A stretch of 64,000 nucleotides of DNA from assembly GCA_000146465.1 (NCBI GenBank), contig CP001948.1. One strand, written 5' to 3'. Positions 49,120-58,701 of this stretch are shown here, piece after piece. The stretch's first letter is position 1; each line of letters opens with the position of its first letter. The position numbers and the translations under genes were made by a program. Under the pieces are notes generated by a model. That model did not search any database and was not told the origin of the DNA. It saw nothing but the letters and a program-made list of their open reading frames with translations.

Positions 49120-49665
49120 ATGTACAAGGCTGAGCCTATGCTCCCCAGTGATGTCTTCTCGTTGGACTGGGTGAATCTTGACGAGAAATCTGAAAGCTTT
49201 CCCTTAAGTTATTATCTTTATTACTTAATCAACCACGGGGAAGATTGTATTGTTATTCCTTCTCTAGAAGAAAGAGTGACTTCTTTTGCATATAAGAGGG
49301 TCTCCTATGCATACATGATAGGAAAGTTAGAAGAGAAAGACAGAGTTATATGTATACATATTTCAGCGGTTTCGGTTGCTCCTTCTTTCAGAAGAAATTG
49401 CTTTGGAAAGCTATGCATGGACATAGCTGAAGAGAGCGGTAATGTTTATAATGCACATTTTTCCGATTTGTATGTAAGGGAAGGAAATAGAATTGCAATT
49501 GAATTTTACAAAAAATTAGGTTATGTTGTTTATAGAAAAGTATTCGATTACTATATCGATGGGGGTGGCGAAGACGCGCTCGACATGAGAAAGTCATTAA
49601 AAGCAGATAAGGGGAAAATATACATGGCGAGAGGTACAGACATTCCAGCCTCGGAGTTAAAATGA
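49120..49665 (+). CDS. NAT3: N-terminal acetyltransferase NatB catalytic subunit (NAA20/Nat3, GNAT fold)
   Basis: VFSLDWVNLD...FPLSYYLYYL...HISAVSVAPSFRRNCFGKLCMD...LYVREGNRIAIEFYKKLGYVVYRKVFDYY...EDALDMRKSL aligns along its full length to NAA20. Confidence 0.85.
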   Translation: MYKAEPMLPSDVFSLDWVNLDEKSESFPLSYYLYYLINHGEDCIVIPSLEERVTSFAYKRVSYAYMIGKLEEKDRVICIHISAVSVAPSFRRNCFGKLCMDIAEESGNVYNAHFSDLYVREGNRIAIEFYKKLGYVVYRKVFDYYIDGGGEDALDMRKSLKADKGKIYMARGTDIPASELK

Positions 49666-49763
49666 CTGGAAATAAAATATAGCCAAATTCTTTTTAGGTT
49701 TCTTATAATTCAAATGTTACTTTGGAGGAAGTCTTGCTTTGAAATGGATAGGGTTATGATGCG

Positions 49764-52394
49764 TTACAAAGACTTCCTATATTTTATGAACTCATCAAGA
49801 TTTTCAAAGCTTTTTCCTTCGTACACTAAGTTATCATCCACTGTAATATATTCCTTATAGTTGCGTCCATTGCGATACATCATGCAAAGTTTCCCAGGAT
49901 ATTTCTCACTGAAGAAAAACCCATATCTTATGTAGCTTCCTCCTTGATTAAGATAATCCAGAAGTTTTTCCTCATCCTCGAAGTAGTACTTGTGATTCTT
50001 TATGTTCTTAACGTTCGTAAGCATCTTCTTGGCTACTCTGGATATGAGTTCATCTAAATCGTCGTACGAATTTCCTTTGTAGTAGTATTTCTCTGCTTCT
50101 TGTATTTTTATATGGACATATATGGAGTCTGTAACCCTTAAAACCACCACGGGAGTACCATCTTTCCTGCTTCTCCTTAGAAGTATGGAAGAAGAATTCT
50201 TCTTAAGATATTTTTCAGACTCCTCACTATTGAGGTCCTTAAACAACGGATGTGTCATGAACCGGGAATGATGTGGCTTCTTCGGCCCAGAAATGGTGAA
50301 ACTGGCGGTATACGATAGCAGGTAATCGTTCATATACTCAATTTTCACAGTAACCAACTGATTTAAAAAAAACTCTTCCTGTCCTTTGGTCTTTCTTACG
50401 TATATTGACGCAGGAGTGGAGTCGGAACTTACAAGATAGTATGTATTTCCACACTTTGAAATCCTTCCTTCAATTACTTTACCAACTAGGCTCCCGTTGG
50501 ATCCGGTTAGTTCTTCGAAGATAAGGTGGTCTGGAAAGCCTGAATATATTGGTCTTTCCCCATCCTCCAAAGCTCTATAAACATCCATGGCCAGGGGATC
50601 CGAACATTCCGGGATCGAAGGAGCAGAGGCTTTTTCGTTATCCAATTCCCTCTTCCATGTATTTCCACATAGTTTTCTTGCAACGCTATAGTTTTTTGGA
50701 TGTACAGGAGTAGAGTCTAACGGTTCTCCTCCTGAGACCCCAGAAAATACTCCAGGATAGATCCTAAGATATGTTGTTAGATTGTCATATTCCACTTCAT
50801 TTTCGCACAGACTTTTGAGATCTTCTAGCTTTGCTACATTCTTTAAACTAAACAAGTTGTTCTTCGAAGCGTTGCTCACAGGGATAAGTGATATCAATCC
50901 TTCTTTTCTCTTGTTGTTGAGCAGGTAATTGGCATCAACTCCAACTACCGATATTGCCGTTAGGATTCCTCTCTTTATTGTCTCTATTATTACATTTCTT
51001 GGCAATAGACCTTGTATGTAGATGATATTCTTGTTTAACATATCACTATACTCAATCTCCGGGCACTGAATAATTCTTGCGATGTTACAACAAAAGGAAT
51101 AGGTGTCCTGGGACTTCATCTGAGCAATTCGGCCTTCTACGTACAAAGGATTCCATGAAGAAAGAGTCTTCATTAAATATCTGATAGATGTAGTAAATCC
51201 GCTAACTGCTATGCAACATGGATTGAACTTTTCAATGAACCCCAAGAGTTCATTTTCTTCATCCTCCTTGACCGTTATTGAATCTACAAGGTCTCCTTCA
51301 AAGTCCACTGCAACAGCCTTAAGATACTTTTTTTCCTTTGTAACTCCACATACATATGTGCCATCTCCTTTGATTCCAATCGATCCATTTACTATTCTGT
51401 CGATTGTCTCGAGAAAAATCTCTTTCTTCATAGCCTCTGCCTCCATTTTCTTAAGGATAGATGGAATAACCACTTCTTTTGATACTTTTTCTACAGAAGA
51501 ACGAACGATACTTTCTCGATATCTATTCCATGGGTCTTCAGATGAAATATCGCTCAAATAAAAGTCTATCAGGTCCCTTTTTATAATTTCATCTCTAACC
51601 TCAAGCTCGTTCCTTTCATTCCGTACTCCATAGCTTTTGAATATCACTTCCAAAGCACTTCTAAAGATAGGATGCAAGGAGATTCTCTGGATTAGTTCGC
51701 CTTCCTCTTCAAACCTTGGAAAAGAAGATGAATCCAGAGGCTCATGTATTTTTTTCTTTGTTCTTATATTTTCACAAAACTCTTCGGCTGAAAGGAGTTC
51801 TCCGGGAAGATCGAGGTTCTTTCCAAGATGTTTCTTGTATCCATAGTACCATCGAAGAGCACGAATGTCTTTAATACTCTGAAAGAGTGGGTCGCTTCCG
51901 TATCTTTCTTCCACCCTTTTCTTTGAATTGGCAAACTCCTTATACTCATCGAAAATGTCGACAATTTTGTACCCTTCCTCAATACTAATCCCTTCGATCC
52001 CGTTGTGCAATAACACAAAATGGATACTGTATCCTTTTCCTAGTAATTCAATAACCTTCCTGAGAGATTCTGGCTTAATTTCCATATTATTCATAGCATA
52101 TTCACATACCCCGTCCAAGTCGATTGGATCATATTCCAATGCATTTACATTGCCGCTGTTTGTCTCTTCAGTTGACTCGGAGTTCTCGTCTTCGAGAATG
52201 TATCTGTATTCATCTCCAGTGCCAAAGATTTCGTAAAACAGGGAATTCCTATCTTCATAATCGATGGAAGAGATACTTTCTGAGGAAGCCTCGTGCTGAT
52301 CTTCCTCAAATAAATCCTCAAGAATACGTTTTCTTACTGTCTGGTTTCCCCTTCTGTTGATATTTATCATTTCTTCCGAGCTAGAGTCATTCAT
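49764..52394 (-). CDS. SPT6: Transcription elongation factor Spt6 (reduced form: YqgF/HhH/S1/SH2 regions)
   Basis: The C-terminal SH2-like region (HPLFKDLNSEESEKYLKKNSSSILLRRSRKDGTPVVVLRV...YYYKG) and the central YqgF/HhH-like region fit Spt6 architecture. ORF-track 52409 is TTG, and the first ATG is at 52394. Confidence 0.7.
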   Translation of the reverse strand: MNDSSSEEMININRRGNQTVRKRILEDLFEEDQHEASSESISSIDYEDRNSLFYEIFGTGDEYRYILEDENSESTEETNSGNVNALEYDPIDLDGVCEYAMNNMEIKPESLRKVIELLGKGYSIHFVLLHNGIEGISIEEGYKIVDIFDEYKEFANSKKRVEERYGSDPLFQSIKDIRALRWYYGYKKHLGKNLDLPGELLSAEEFCENIRTKKKIHEPLDSSSFPRFEEEGELIQRISLHPIFRSALEVIFKSYGVRNERNELEVRDEIIKRDLIDFYLSDISSEDPWNRYRESIVRSSVEKVSKEVVIPSILKKMEAEAMKKEIFLETIDRIVNGSIGIKGDGTYVCGVTKEKKYLKAVAVDFEGDLVDSITVKEDEENELLGFIEKFNPCCIAVSGFTTSIRYLMKTLSSWNPLYVEGRIAQMKSQDTYSFCCNIARIIQCPEIEYSDMLNKNIIYIQGLLPRNVIIETIKRGILTAISVVGVDANYLLNNKRKEGLISLIPVSNASKNNLFSLKNVAKLEDLKSLCENEVEYDNLTTYLRIYPGVFSGVSGGEPLDSTPVHPKNYSVARKLCGNTWKRELDNEKASAPSIPECSDPLAMDVYRALEDGERPIYSGFPDHLIFEELTGSNGSLVGKVIEGRISKCGNTYYLVSSDSTPASIYVRKTKGQEEFFLNQLVTVKIEYMNDYLLSYTASFTISGPKKPHHSRFMTHPLFKDLNSEESEKYLKKNSSSILLRRSRKDGTPVVVLRVTDSIYVHIKIQEAEKYYYKGNSYDDLDELISRVAKKMLTNVKNIKNHKYYFEDEEKLLDYLNQGGSYIRYGFFFSEKYPGKLCMMYRNGRNYKEYITVDDNLVYEGKSFENLDEFIKYRKSL

Positions 52395-52491
52395 TTCAAG
52401 GACTTCCAAAAAATGAGTTTAACAACAAAATATTCCAAGACAGCCACAATGGCAAGAAGATCCCTATAGGAAATAAATCCGCTTTTATTGT

Positions 52492-53220
52492 TCAAATACG
52501 GCTTTTATCGAGTTGATTAAGAATATCGGCAAACTCCAGCAATGGATTCAATGTCCTTGGCTTCTCCTCCCACTGATCCGGAAGAATCATCGAGGAGGTT
52601 GCTTCTAGAGCTGCAATGGAAGCCTTAGCAAAATTTTCTGTTGTTGAAGTGGCACCGGAAGATATCGTGTAGAGATCTTTAATACCTGCCAGCTCAAATA
52701 TCTTCTTGTTGATCCCTCCAGATACAATTCCTGTTCCTCTTGGTGCTGGAACCACCCGGACAATCGAAGTTCCGCACTTTCCAGATCCCTTGCAGGACAC
52801 TGTGTGTGGCTTTCCTTGGGCTCCATCCCAAAGCCCTAACCTTACTGGTCTTATTGCACACTTAGCTCTAGATATAGCTCCTCGGATTGCAGATGCTGCT
52901 TCCTTCGAGGCCTTGGTTCCAAGGCCAACGTGCCCATTTCCATCTCCAACTACAACCACTGCCTTTATTCTGGTCTTCTGGCCTGCTCTTGTCTGCTTTT
53001 GAACAGATTTAATCGATAAAACTTCTTCCTTTATCGAATTGCCGCATAGCATATCAACTATTTCCGGTTCACGGATCACATGGGAGAATTTGAAGATCTG
53101 ATCAAGAGACGTTATCTTGAACATCTTGACGAGCCTTCCAACAGCAGTCTTGGGTACCCACTCGTTTTCTTCTCTCTTCGGAAACGGCCTACCTGTATTT
53201 CTTTTCTCGGTATGTTCCAT
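52492..53220 (-). CDS. RPS2: 40S ribosomal protein S2 (uS5)
   Basis: [68 protein letters not shown]...[29 protein letters not shown] matches uS5 closely. Confidence 0.9.
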   Translation of the reverse strand: MEHTEKRNTGRPFPKREENEWVPKTAVGRLVKMFKITSLDQIFKFSHVIREPEIVDMLCGNSIKEEVLSIKSVQKQTRAGQKTRIKAVVVVGDGNGHVGLGTKASKEAASAIRGAISRAKCAIRPVRLGLWDGAQGKPHTVSCKGSGKCGTSIVRVVPAPRGTGIVSGGINKKIFELAGIKDLYTISSGATSTTENFAKASIAALEATSSMILPDQWEEKPRTLNPLLEFADILNQLDKSRI

Positions 53221-53356
53221 TTTAAGGGCCTATGAGAGATCAAAAAATTTGCTTCTCCAATCCGGCACAAGAATATAAAGGTCTCTTCTTAAACACAAAG
53301 TGTTATTTACGGATCAGTATTTCAAAATATCGAAAACTTTTAATAAACAACAGAAC

Positions 53357-54155
53357 ATGAAGTGTAGAAAGGTTTGTTCAAAAACTCTCTTATCTATTTC
53401 TCTAACACCTGTTGGAAGAACCATAGACAACTTTACTAGGGACATGAGCCTGGTTAAAAGTAATCCGACACTTCTACAAACATTCTATGACTATATTTCG
53501 ATAAAGTACGGAGTTAAATGTGAGACAGGAATCGACTTGGTGGAAAGAGTGGTGATGGCCGATGGTTTCAAGCAGTAAGTGGAAAAGACCTAATTTTAGT
53601 CTTCTAGATGCGAAGGATCCTACTAATGAACTTATAAATAAGAAGATTCTTCTATATAGATGGATTAGTCCAGAACACTTGGAACTTAAGAATACAGAGA
53701 GAAGTGTGCTGGAAGATATCTCTAGGGAGTTTAGAGGTATCACCTCCCTGCAAACACCGACTGAAAAGATAACTCATATGATGGGGATAATGGAAAAGTT
53801 GTGTGATGTAGTTGGAAGAACCGAAGGCCAGGACATAATCCTACCATCTATCATATATTGCATTATAAAGTCGTCTCTTCCCAATATATATTTGGAAGTT
53901 AGGTTCATGGCTCTTTATAGAAGGAAGAGCATGGAAAAGTGCAAAGAAAGATGCAATCACGGATTTAGTATCGATGCCAGCTGTGAGTGTTTCTCCAGCA
54001 GGCCATACGATGAGAAGGAGGTAAACTATTATTTAACATCAATGCAGGCGGCAGTAGAATTCATAAGAAAAATGGAATTTTATGATCTAAAAATCAGTGA
54101 AGGAGAATTCTATGAAAACATGATGGATGCGGTAAAGCTCGTAAAAGATATTTGA
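53357..54155 (+). CDS. VPS9-domain protein (Rab5-family GEF), with exon 1 ending at 53574, a 25-nt intron 53575-53599, and exon 2 from 53600 to 54155
   Basis: ORF 53300..53578 (frame 2) and ORF 53562..54155 (frame 0) overlap at CAGTAAGTGG. Removing GTAAGTGGAAAAGACCTAATTTTAG (GTAAGT donor, CTAAT branch site, TTTTAG acceptor) joins ...VVMADGFK-H-LLDAKDPTNELINKK... in frame. The downstream part carries the VPS9 signature (ILPSIIYCIIKSSLPNIYLEVRFM...NYYLTSMQAAVEFI). The first ATG in exon 1 is at 53357, since ORF-track 53300 is GTG. Confidence 0.65.
53575..53599 (+). other. Spliceosomal intron (25 nt) in the VPS9-domain gene
   Basis: GTAAGTGGAAAAGACCTAATTTTAG. Removing it restores the frame between the two ORFs. 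Confidence 0.65.
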
Positions 54156-54190
54156 CCGGGGCTTTTTATCGGTATCTAAAGCCTCCCCTG

Positions 54191-54652
54191 ATGAAGGAGA
54201 GAATACTTAATGGGCTACACAAACTTTTTATCACCAATATTCCAAGGAAGGCAAGAAGACAATTGGTTTATGAACTTCTCACACAAGTGTCAAAAATTGG
54301 CCACCTCTATTACAACCAAGATAGGGGATATTGCTTTGTAGACTATGAGACATATGAGGAATTAGAATACACTTATAACGTTCTTCGGGGTGTTAAGCTG
54401 TATGGAAAAAGACTGTACTTCAGTAAAGTCGAAAAACAAGTGAGAATTGTTGTCAGGAATATAGGACAGGAAGTAGATGGGGTTTTCCTCTGGGACGTTT
54501 TCAGTAAATTCGGGCCGTGCCATATTGAGATGAATGAGGGCGGACTAGGTGTTGTTATATATAGACGAGAAGACTCTGCTATTAAAGCTGTAGAAGTGGT
54601 GAACGGAAAAGTTATAGGAGGCTCAGAAGTATCTGTGGAAATTGATAAATAG
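54191..54652 (+). CDS. Two-RRM splicing factor, SF3b4/Hsh49-like
   Basis: RRM1 LFITNIPRKA...GYCFVDYETYEELEYTYNVLRGVKLYGKRLYFSKVEK resembles SF3b4 (...NMIKLYGKPIRVNKA). RRM2 IVVRNIGQEVDGVFLWDVFSKFG. ORF-track 54152 is TTG, and the first ATG is at 54191. Confidence 0.5.
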   Translation: MKERILNGLHKLFITNIPRKARRQLVYELLTQVSKIGHLYYNQDRGYCFVDYETYEELEYTYNVLRGVKLYGKRLYFSKVEKQVRIVVRNIGQEVDGVFLWDVFSKFGPCHIEMNEGGLGVVIYRREDSAIKAVEVVNGKVIGGSEVSVEIDK

Positions 54653-54696
54653 TATCACCTATGCAACCTTGATTTGTAGTCTTAGAATATAATAAC

Positions 54697-57030
54697 TCAT
54701 TCGTATGCATCCTCATTTACCACGTTCAAGCCAAAGGCTTCTTCTTTCTTTTTTCTTTCGGAAAACGCCTTTACAGCATTCATAAGACATTCTCCATAAT
54801 TTATATCTCCTGTTTTCATCGTAATTGATTTCAAATCATGGCTCATATCAACAGTTAAGGATTTTATCTGGTCTATGAAGTTGTCCGCACTACGCGCCTT
54901 CAGAAAGTAGGCTCCATATTTGAGATATTCTTCTTGCTTTTCAAACAGATTCTTAATTACTTCATACTTCTGGAGAAGCTCGGAATTGGGAAAGGATTCC
55001 TTGAAAGCATTATATATCTTTTGAGACTTCTCCAATACTCCCGCACCTTCCTTTAATCTGGATTTCAAATCTAACAGCTCTTGGTAGTCTAAGGAAATCT
55101 TTTCCATTTCGTTCTCCTTAAAGAAAGAATTCACCTCGCTTGGGAAGTCGGAGTATTGGATAGGAGCCGAGATATGGCCTTCTTCCTGAGGCGCTTCTCT
55201 AGAGCCAATCCGATGTTGAATCTCGGAATCTTTACTGTTATAGTTAATGTCTTTCTCTGTTTCATATACATTATAAGCTTCTCGGGAGTTTTCTGGCTGA
55301 TTCTCTGCCAAAGTAGGTCCCGGAGCTCTAGCGTGGAGAATTCCATCTTTGAACCATGGAGAGTTACCCATTCTTCTTTGAGAAGAAGCTGCGTCCGAAG
55401 AATACGGGAAGCCACCTTCCGGGAAGAAGTTTCTAAATCCACTCTGGAACCATGGAGCAGGACTTGAGTAGCCCCTGTATTCCCCAGTGTTTACAGAAAA
55501 GCCCCTTTCCTCCTTCTTGGTGTTGGGAAAATACTCTATGTTTTTTTTTGTATTCTCATGCCTTCGTAGAAACTCTTCATATGGAATCCTCGGATCTTCA
55601 TCCGCAGACCCAAATATCCACTGGTTGAAGTTTTGGGTGCTCAAAAAAGCTTGTTTTCCATCTGTTGTTGGGCCTGTTTGCTCAGGGTTCCGTGGAGCAT
55701 GAAAATAGGGTTGATGATGCATCTGCTGGTTAAAAAAGATCGGCAAAGGTTTTGTTGTTTCCTTCCCTGTATTTGGATAGTGCCTGTTAAATGCCAAAGA
55801 GTTGTCCATCCACCCGGCACTAGTTTTAGTTTGAGGAGGGCCCATTGGAAACATGTTCATAGATCGGTCCTGGGGGTCTGAATGAGGAAAGCTGTCCATG
55901 ATTTCGGAAGACGAAGCCATGGGAAAGCTTTGCATATCCGGCATTCTAGAAGGATATTTGTGTGAGGGGATTGAATGACTAGGGGAAGCAAAAGGCCTTT
56001 GATTTCCATACATTGGTTTTCCTGAAAACTGAAACATATTCATACTTCTTGGATTGGAATAGGATGAAGAAGAATTACGATTAAATTGCCGAGGATTCTG
56101 AAGGGGGACAAAGCCTCTCCCATTGAATGGAGCAACTCCCGGAGATTTACCTTGCTGCATTTCATCGAAATTCATATCAATAGAAGGCTTCGACATGTTT
56201 TCATCCTTTGGAACTTCCCTTCCATAGTCGTAATGGCCAAATCTAGTGCCAAATCCCTGATTTACATATCCAAAAGGTTGCGATGGCACTTCCTGATGCT
56301 GCCCCTCCCTTTGCATAAAAAAAGGCCTTTGATCAGGAGTGTTCTGAAAGTTTTTCCTGCTGTTCAAGCCGTAGGGATCCACCTCAGGCTGAGACCTCCT
56401 AAAAAACATAGGGTTTCCAGGACTATTAGAGAAGCTTTCTTCGTTTACAATGTGATCAGACTCATGATGAGAATTTTGAATGTTACATGAGTTGGACCTT
56501 CCTCTAGTACTGCTTTCCATACCTCGGTCATTGAATCTGGAAATGCCATCTGATTCATAGAGGTCATGCTTCCGACTTATCCTCATGATTTCAGGTGGAA
56601 CAAATCCATCTTGCTTTCCAAAAAGTTGTTTATTTTCTGTAAATAGCTGCTCAGACAATCTCCTTTCTCCTCTTTCAAAATTAGGATTTCCATAGGAATA
56701 ATTTTGTTTTGCAGAAGCCAGAGGTTCTCCAGAGATGCTTCCGAATTCTTGGTCCTTAGTACATGTGTAAGGCCCCACTTGCTCTTGGGTGGCTTTTCCT
56801 CTTCCATCATTTCTACTTCTATTGCTTACGACTCTCTCGATTCTCTGGAATCTTTCATTCATTCCTCTCAGGTATTCCTCTTCGGAATTACTTTCTTCAT
56901 ATATCCTCTGCTCGGCTCTTATAGCTGCTTCTTTAATCTGCACCGGTGTATATCCAGGAAAGATGTTGGACTCCTTCAATGCGATAAACAACTTGAAAAT
57001 TATCTGCTTCCTTTCTTCTTGAGATAACAT
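54697..57030 (-). CDS. Mediator Med15/Gal11-like protein: N-terminal KIX-like domain, long N/Q/P/F/S/M-rich low-complexity region, conserved C-terminal helical domain
   Basis: N-terminus QIIFKLFIALKESNIFPGYTPVQIKEAAIRAEQRIYEESNSEEEYLRGMNERFQRI resembles KIX (IFPtPDPaAl.D.R..nL..yAkkvE.dmYEsAnSrdEYy.Ll.eki). Roughly 450 aa are prion-like low-complexity. Confidence 0.35.
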   Translation of the reverse strand: MLSQEERKQIIFKLFIALKESNIFPGYTPVQIKEAAIRAEQRIYEESNSEEEYLRGMNERFQRIERVVSNRSRNDGRGKATQEQVGPYTCTKDQEFGSISGEPLASAKQNYSYGNPNFERGERRLSEQLFTENKQLFGKQDGFVPPEIMRISRKHDLYESDGISRFNDRGMESSTRGRSNSCNIQNSHHESDHIVNEESFSNSPGNPMFFRRSQPEVDPYGLNSRKNFQNTPDQRPFFMQREGQHQEVPSQPFGYVNQGFGTRFGHYDYGREVPKDENMSKPSIDMNFDEMQQGKSPGVAPFNGRGFVPLQNPRQFNRNSSSSYSNPRSMNMFQFSGKPMYGNQRPFASPSHSIPSHKYPSRMPDMQSFPMASSSEIMDSFPHSDPQDRSMNMFPMGPPQTKTSAGWMDNSLAFNRHYPNTGKETTKPLPIFFNQQMHHQPYFHAPRNPEQTGPTTDGKQAFLSTQNFNQWIFGSADEDPRIPYEEFLRRHENTKKNIEYFPNTKKEERGFSVNTGEYRGYSSPAPWFQSGFRNFFPEGGFPYSSDAASSQRRMGNSPWFKDGILHARAPGPTLAENQPENSREAYNVYETEKDINYNSKDSEIQHRIGSREAPQEEGHISAPIQYSDFPSEVNSFFKENEMEKISLDYQELLDLKSRLKEGAGVLEKSQKIYNAFKESFPNSELLQKYEVIKNLFEKQEEYLKYGAYFLKARSADNFIDQIKSLTVDMSHDLKSITMKTGDINYGECLMNAVKAFSERKKKEEAFGLNVVNEDAYE

Positions 57031-57234
57031 AGGCTAAAAATATTCCTTTTTTTTATGGTGGAAATTCGCCTTGGCGTTGTATCCCATTGGGCATAACCTC
57101 TATTCATAAATTAACAAGAGCTTCATACTGCTAGAGTATCTATCGAAGATGGATGTAAAGCTCTATACAGCTTGGGATAAGGTTATTTTATTTAACATAA
57201 AATCATCAAATGTCCGGCAATATATCTAATAAAT

Positions 57235-57858
57235 TCATTGTCTCTCCCTAAACTCGTTGGGTGCCTCAGCTTTGGGATATCCCTTGTCTTCGGGATTCGG
57301 TCTCTCCTTGGGAAAATTAGGTTTGTAGGGCATTCCTTCTGGTCTATTCAGGCAGTTTTGTATAATATCTTCATGCTCCGTTATAATAGGCTTCAACTTG
57401 TCTGTGGCAAAGGTAAATACATGGCCACTTTCGCTGGCTACCAGCAAGAGAATCTCGGTCCCAGTAAGAATATTTAGTTCGTACGCTTTCTTCATTATGC
57501 CCCTCTTTCTCTTACTGAAGCAAACACTTCTCTTGTTTTTTCCAGATATGTATTCAAGCTTTATCTTCTTTTTCCCATGGCTCTTCCCCCTAGGCTTTTC
57601 AAACATAATCGGATGTGTTTGATCCTGCACGAACCCTTGGGGTATCATCCCAGTGTTGTGAAACTGAGGAACATGACTATAATAGTTATATTGCTGATCA
57701 AATGCATAGTTCATATTTTGAGGCATCCAGTGTGGATAGGTAAATCCCTCTGGTACATTCTCATTGATTCCATATGGAGGAAGATTATATTCAGTCTCTC
57801 CTCGGATCTGGGGGTTTCTCGTCTCTTCTTTCTTTCCATATTTCCTATTTTCATCCAT
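57235..57858 (-). CDS. MADS-box transcription factor (SRF/MEF2-type) with an N-terminal extension of about 90 aa
   Basis: GKKKIKLEYISGKNKRSVCFSKRKRGIMKKAYELNILTGTEILLLVASESGHVFTFATDKLKPII is a canonical MADS box, located at residues about 95 to 160. Confidence 0.8.
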   Translation of the reverse strand: MDENRKYGKKEETRNPQIRGETEYNLPPYGINENVPEGFTYPHWMPQNMNYAFDQQYNYYSHVPQFHNTGMIPQGFVQDQTHPIMFEKPRGKSHGKKKIKLEYISGKNKRSVCFSKRKRGIMKKAYELNILTGTEILLLVASESGHVFTFATDKLKPIITEHEDIIQNCLNRPEGMPYKPNFPKERPNPEDKGYPKAEAPNEFRERQ

Positions 57859-58122
57859 TTCCTTAAAGGGTCAAAATTCATCTTTCTAAAGAAAGACCAG
57901 TCCAATCAAGATTTGCAGGGAGGAATAAAAGGATAACTTCGGCTGATACTGTAATAAAAGGAGTATCCAAAGAACATAATCCGAATATGTACACCAACTG
58001 TCCAATTCTACAGGGACATCTCAATGCTACAGACTCTCATCAACGGATGGACTTCAGATCTATTTAAACATAAGATTTTTCCGAACTTCCCCACTTATTT
58101 CTTACATTTTTCCAGCTTTTTA

Positions 58123-58590
58123 TCAGCAGATTATGCCCAGAGAATCATCATTTAAAGTCCCAACTGCATATATCTTGGTAGAGTCTATCTTAGTTCCAAT
58201 GATCTTTAATCTAATCATCACATCCTTTGTTATCTCATTTTCCAATAGAAAGTTAGGTATTTGATGGTTAGATATAAACACCGTAAGAGGCCCAACAGAC
58301 GCAAACACCCCCATTTTGTTTGTTTCAACAACATTCGCATCCACTATTTCCCCTTTCAGTGGCTTTAGCGTAAGCGCTTTGTACTTAACAGTAAATATGG
58401 TCTCTCCCGTCAAAATGATTCTGCTTTCACTTATTTCATCTATACTAAGAACCATAATTACATATCCACTGGAGCTGCATGACCCTTCGACTTTGCTCAG
58501 CAAGTATTCTTCTATAAGAGTCTGTATATTTGGGCCTAGATAGCTTGGACTCAAGTGAATGTTTTGTGTAAAGTCTCTCACGAAAAACAT
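58123..58590 (-). CDS. RPB7: RNA polymerase II subunit Rpb7
   Basis: MFFVRDFTQNIHLSPSYLGPNIQ...VEGSCSSSGYVIMVLSIDEIS...FTVKYKALTLKPLKGEIVDANV....GVFASVGPLTVFIS aligns to Rpb7 (MFFIKDLSLNITLHPSFFGP...VEGSCTGKFGYILCVL...FKPFKGEVVDG.V). ORF-track 58614 is TTG, so I used the internal ATG 8 codons downstream. Confidence 0.8.
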   Translation of the reverse strand: MFFVRDFTQNIHLSPSYLGPNIQTLIEEYLLSKVEGSCSSSGYVIMVLSIDEISESRIILTGETIFTVKYKALTLKPLKGEIVDANVVETNKMGVFASVGPLTVFISNHQIPNFLLENEITKDVMIRLKIIGTKIDSTKIYAVGTLNDDSLGIIC

Positions 58591-58701
58591 TTTTGCAAGG
58601 GCTTTCTTAATCAATCCCTTAAACGGGCTCTGCTTATAAATGAAATACTTAATATGCTTTCTAAGTTGTTTATAATTTCTAAAACTATCAAGTAATAAGA
58701 T

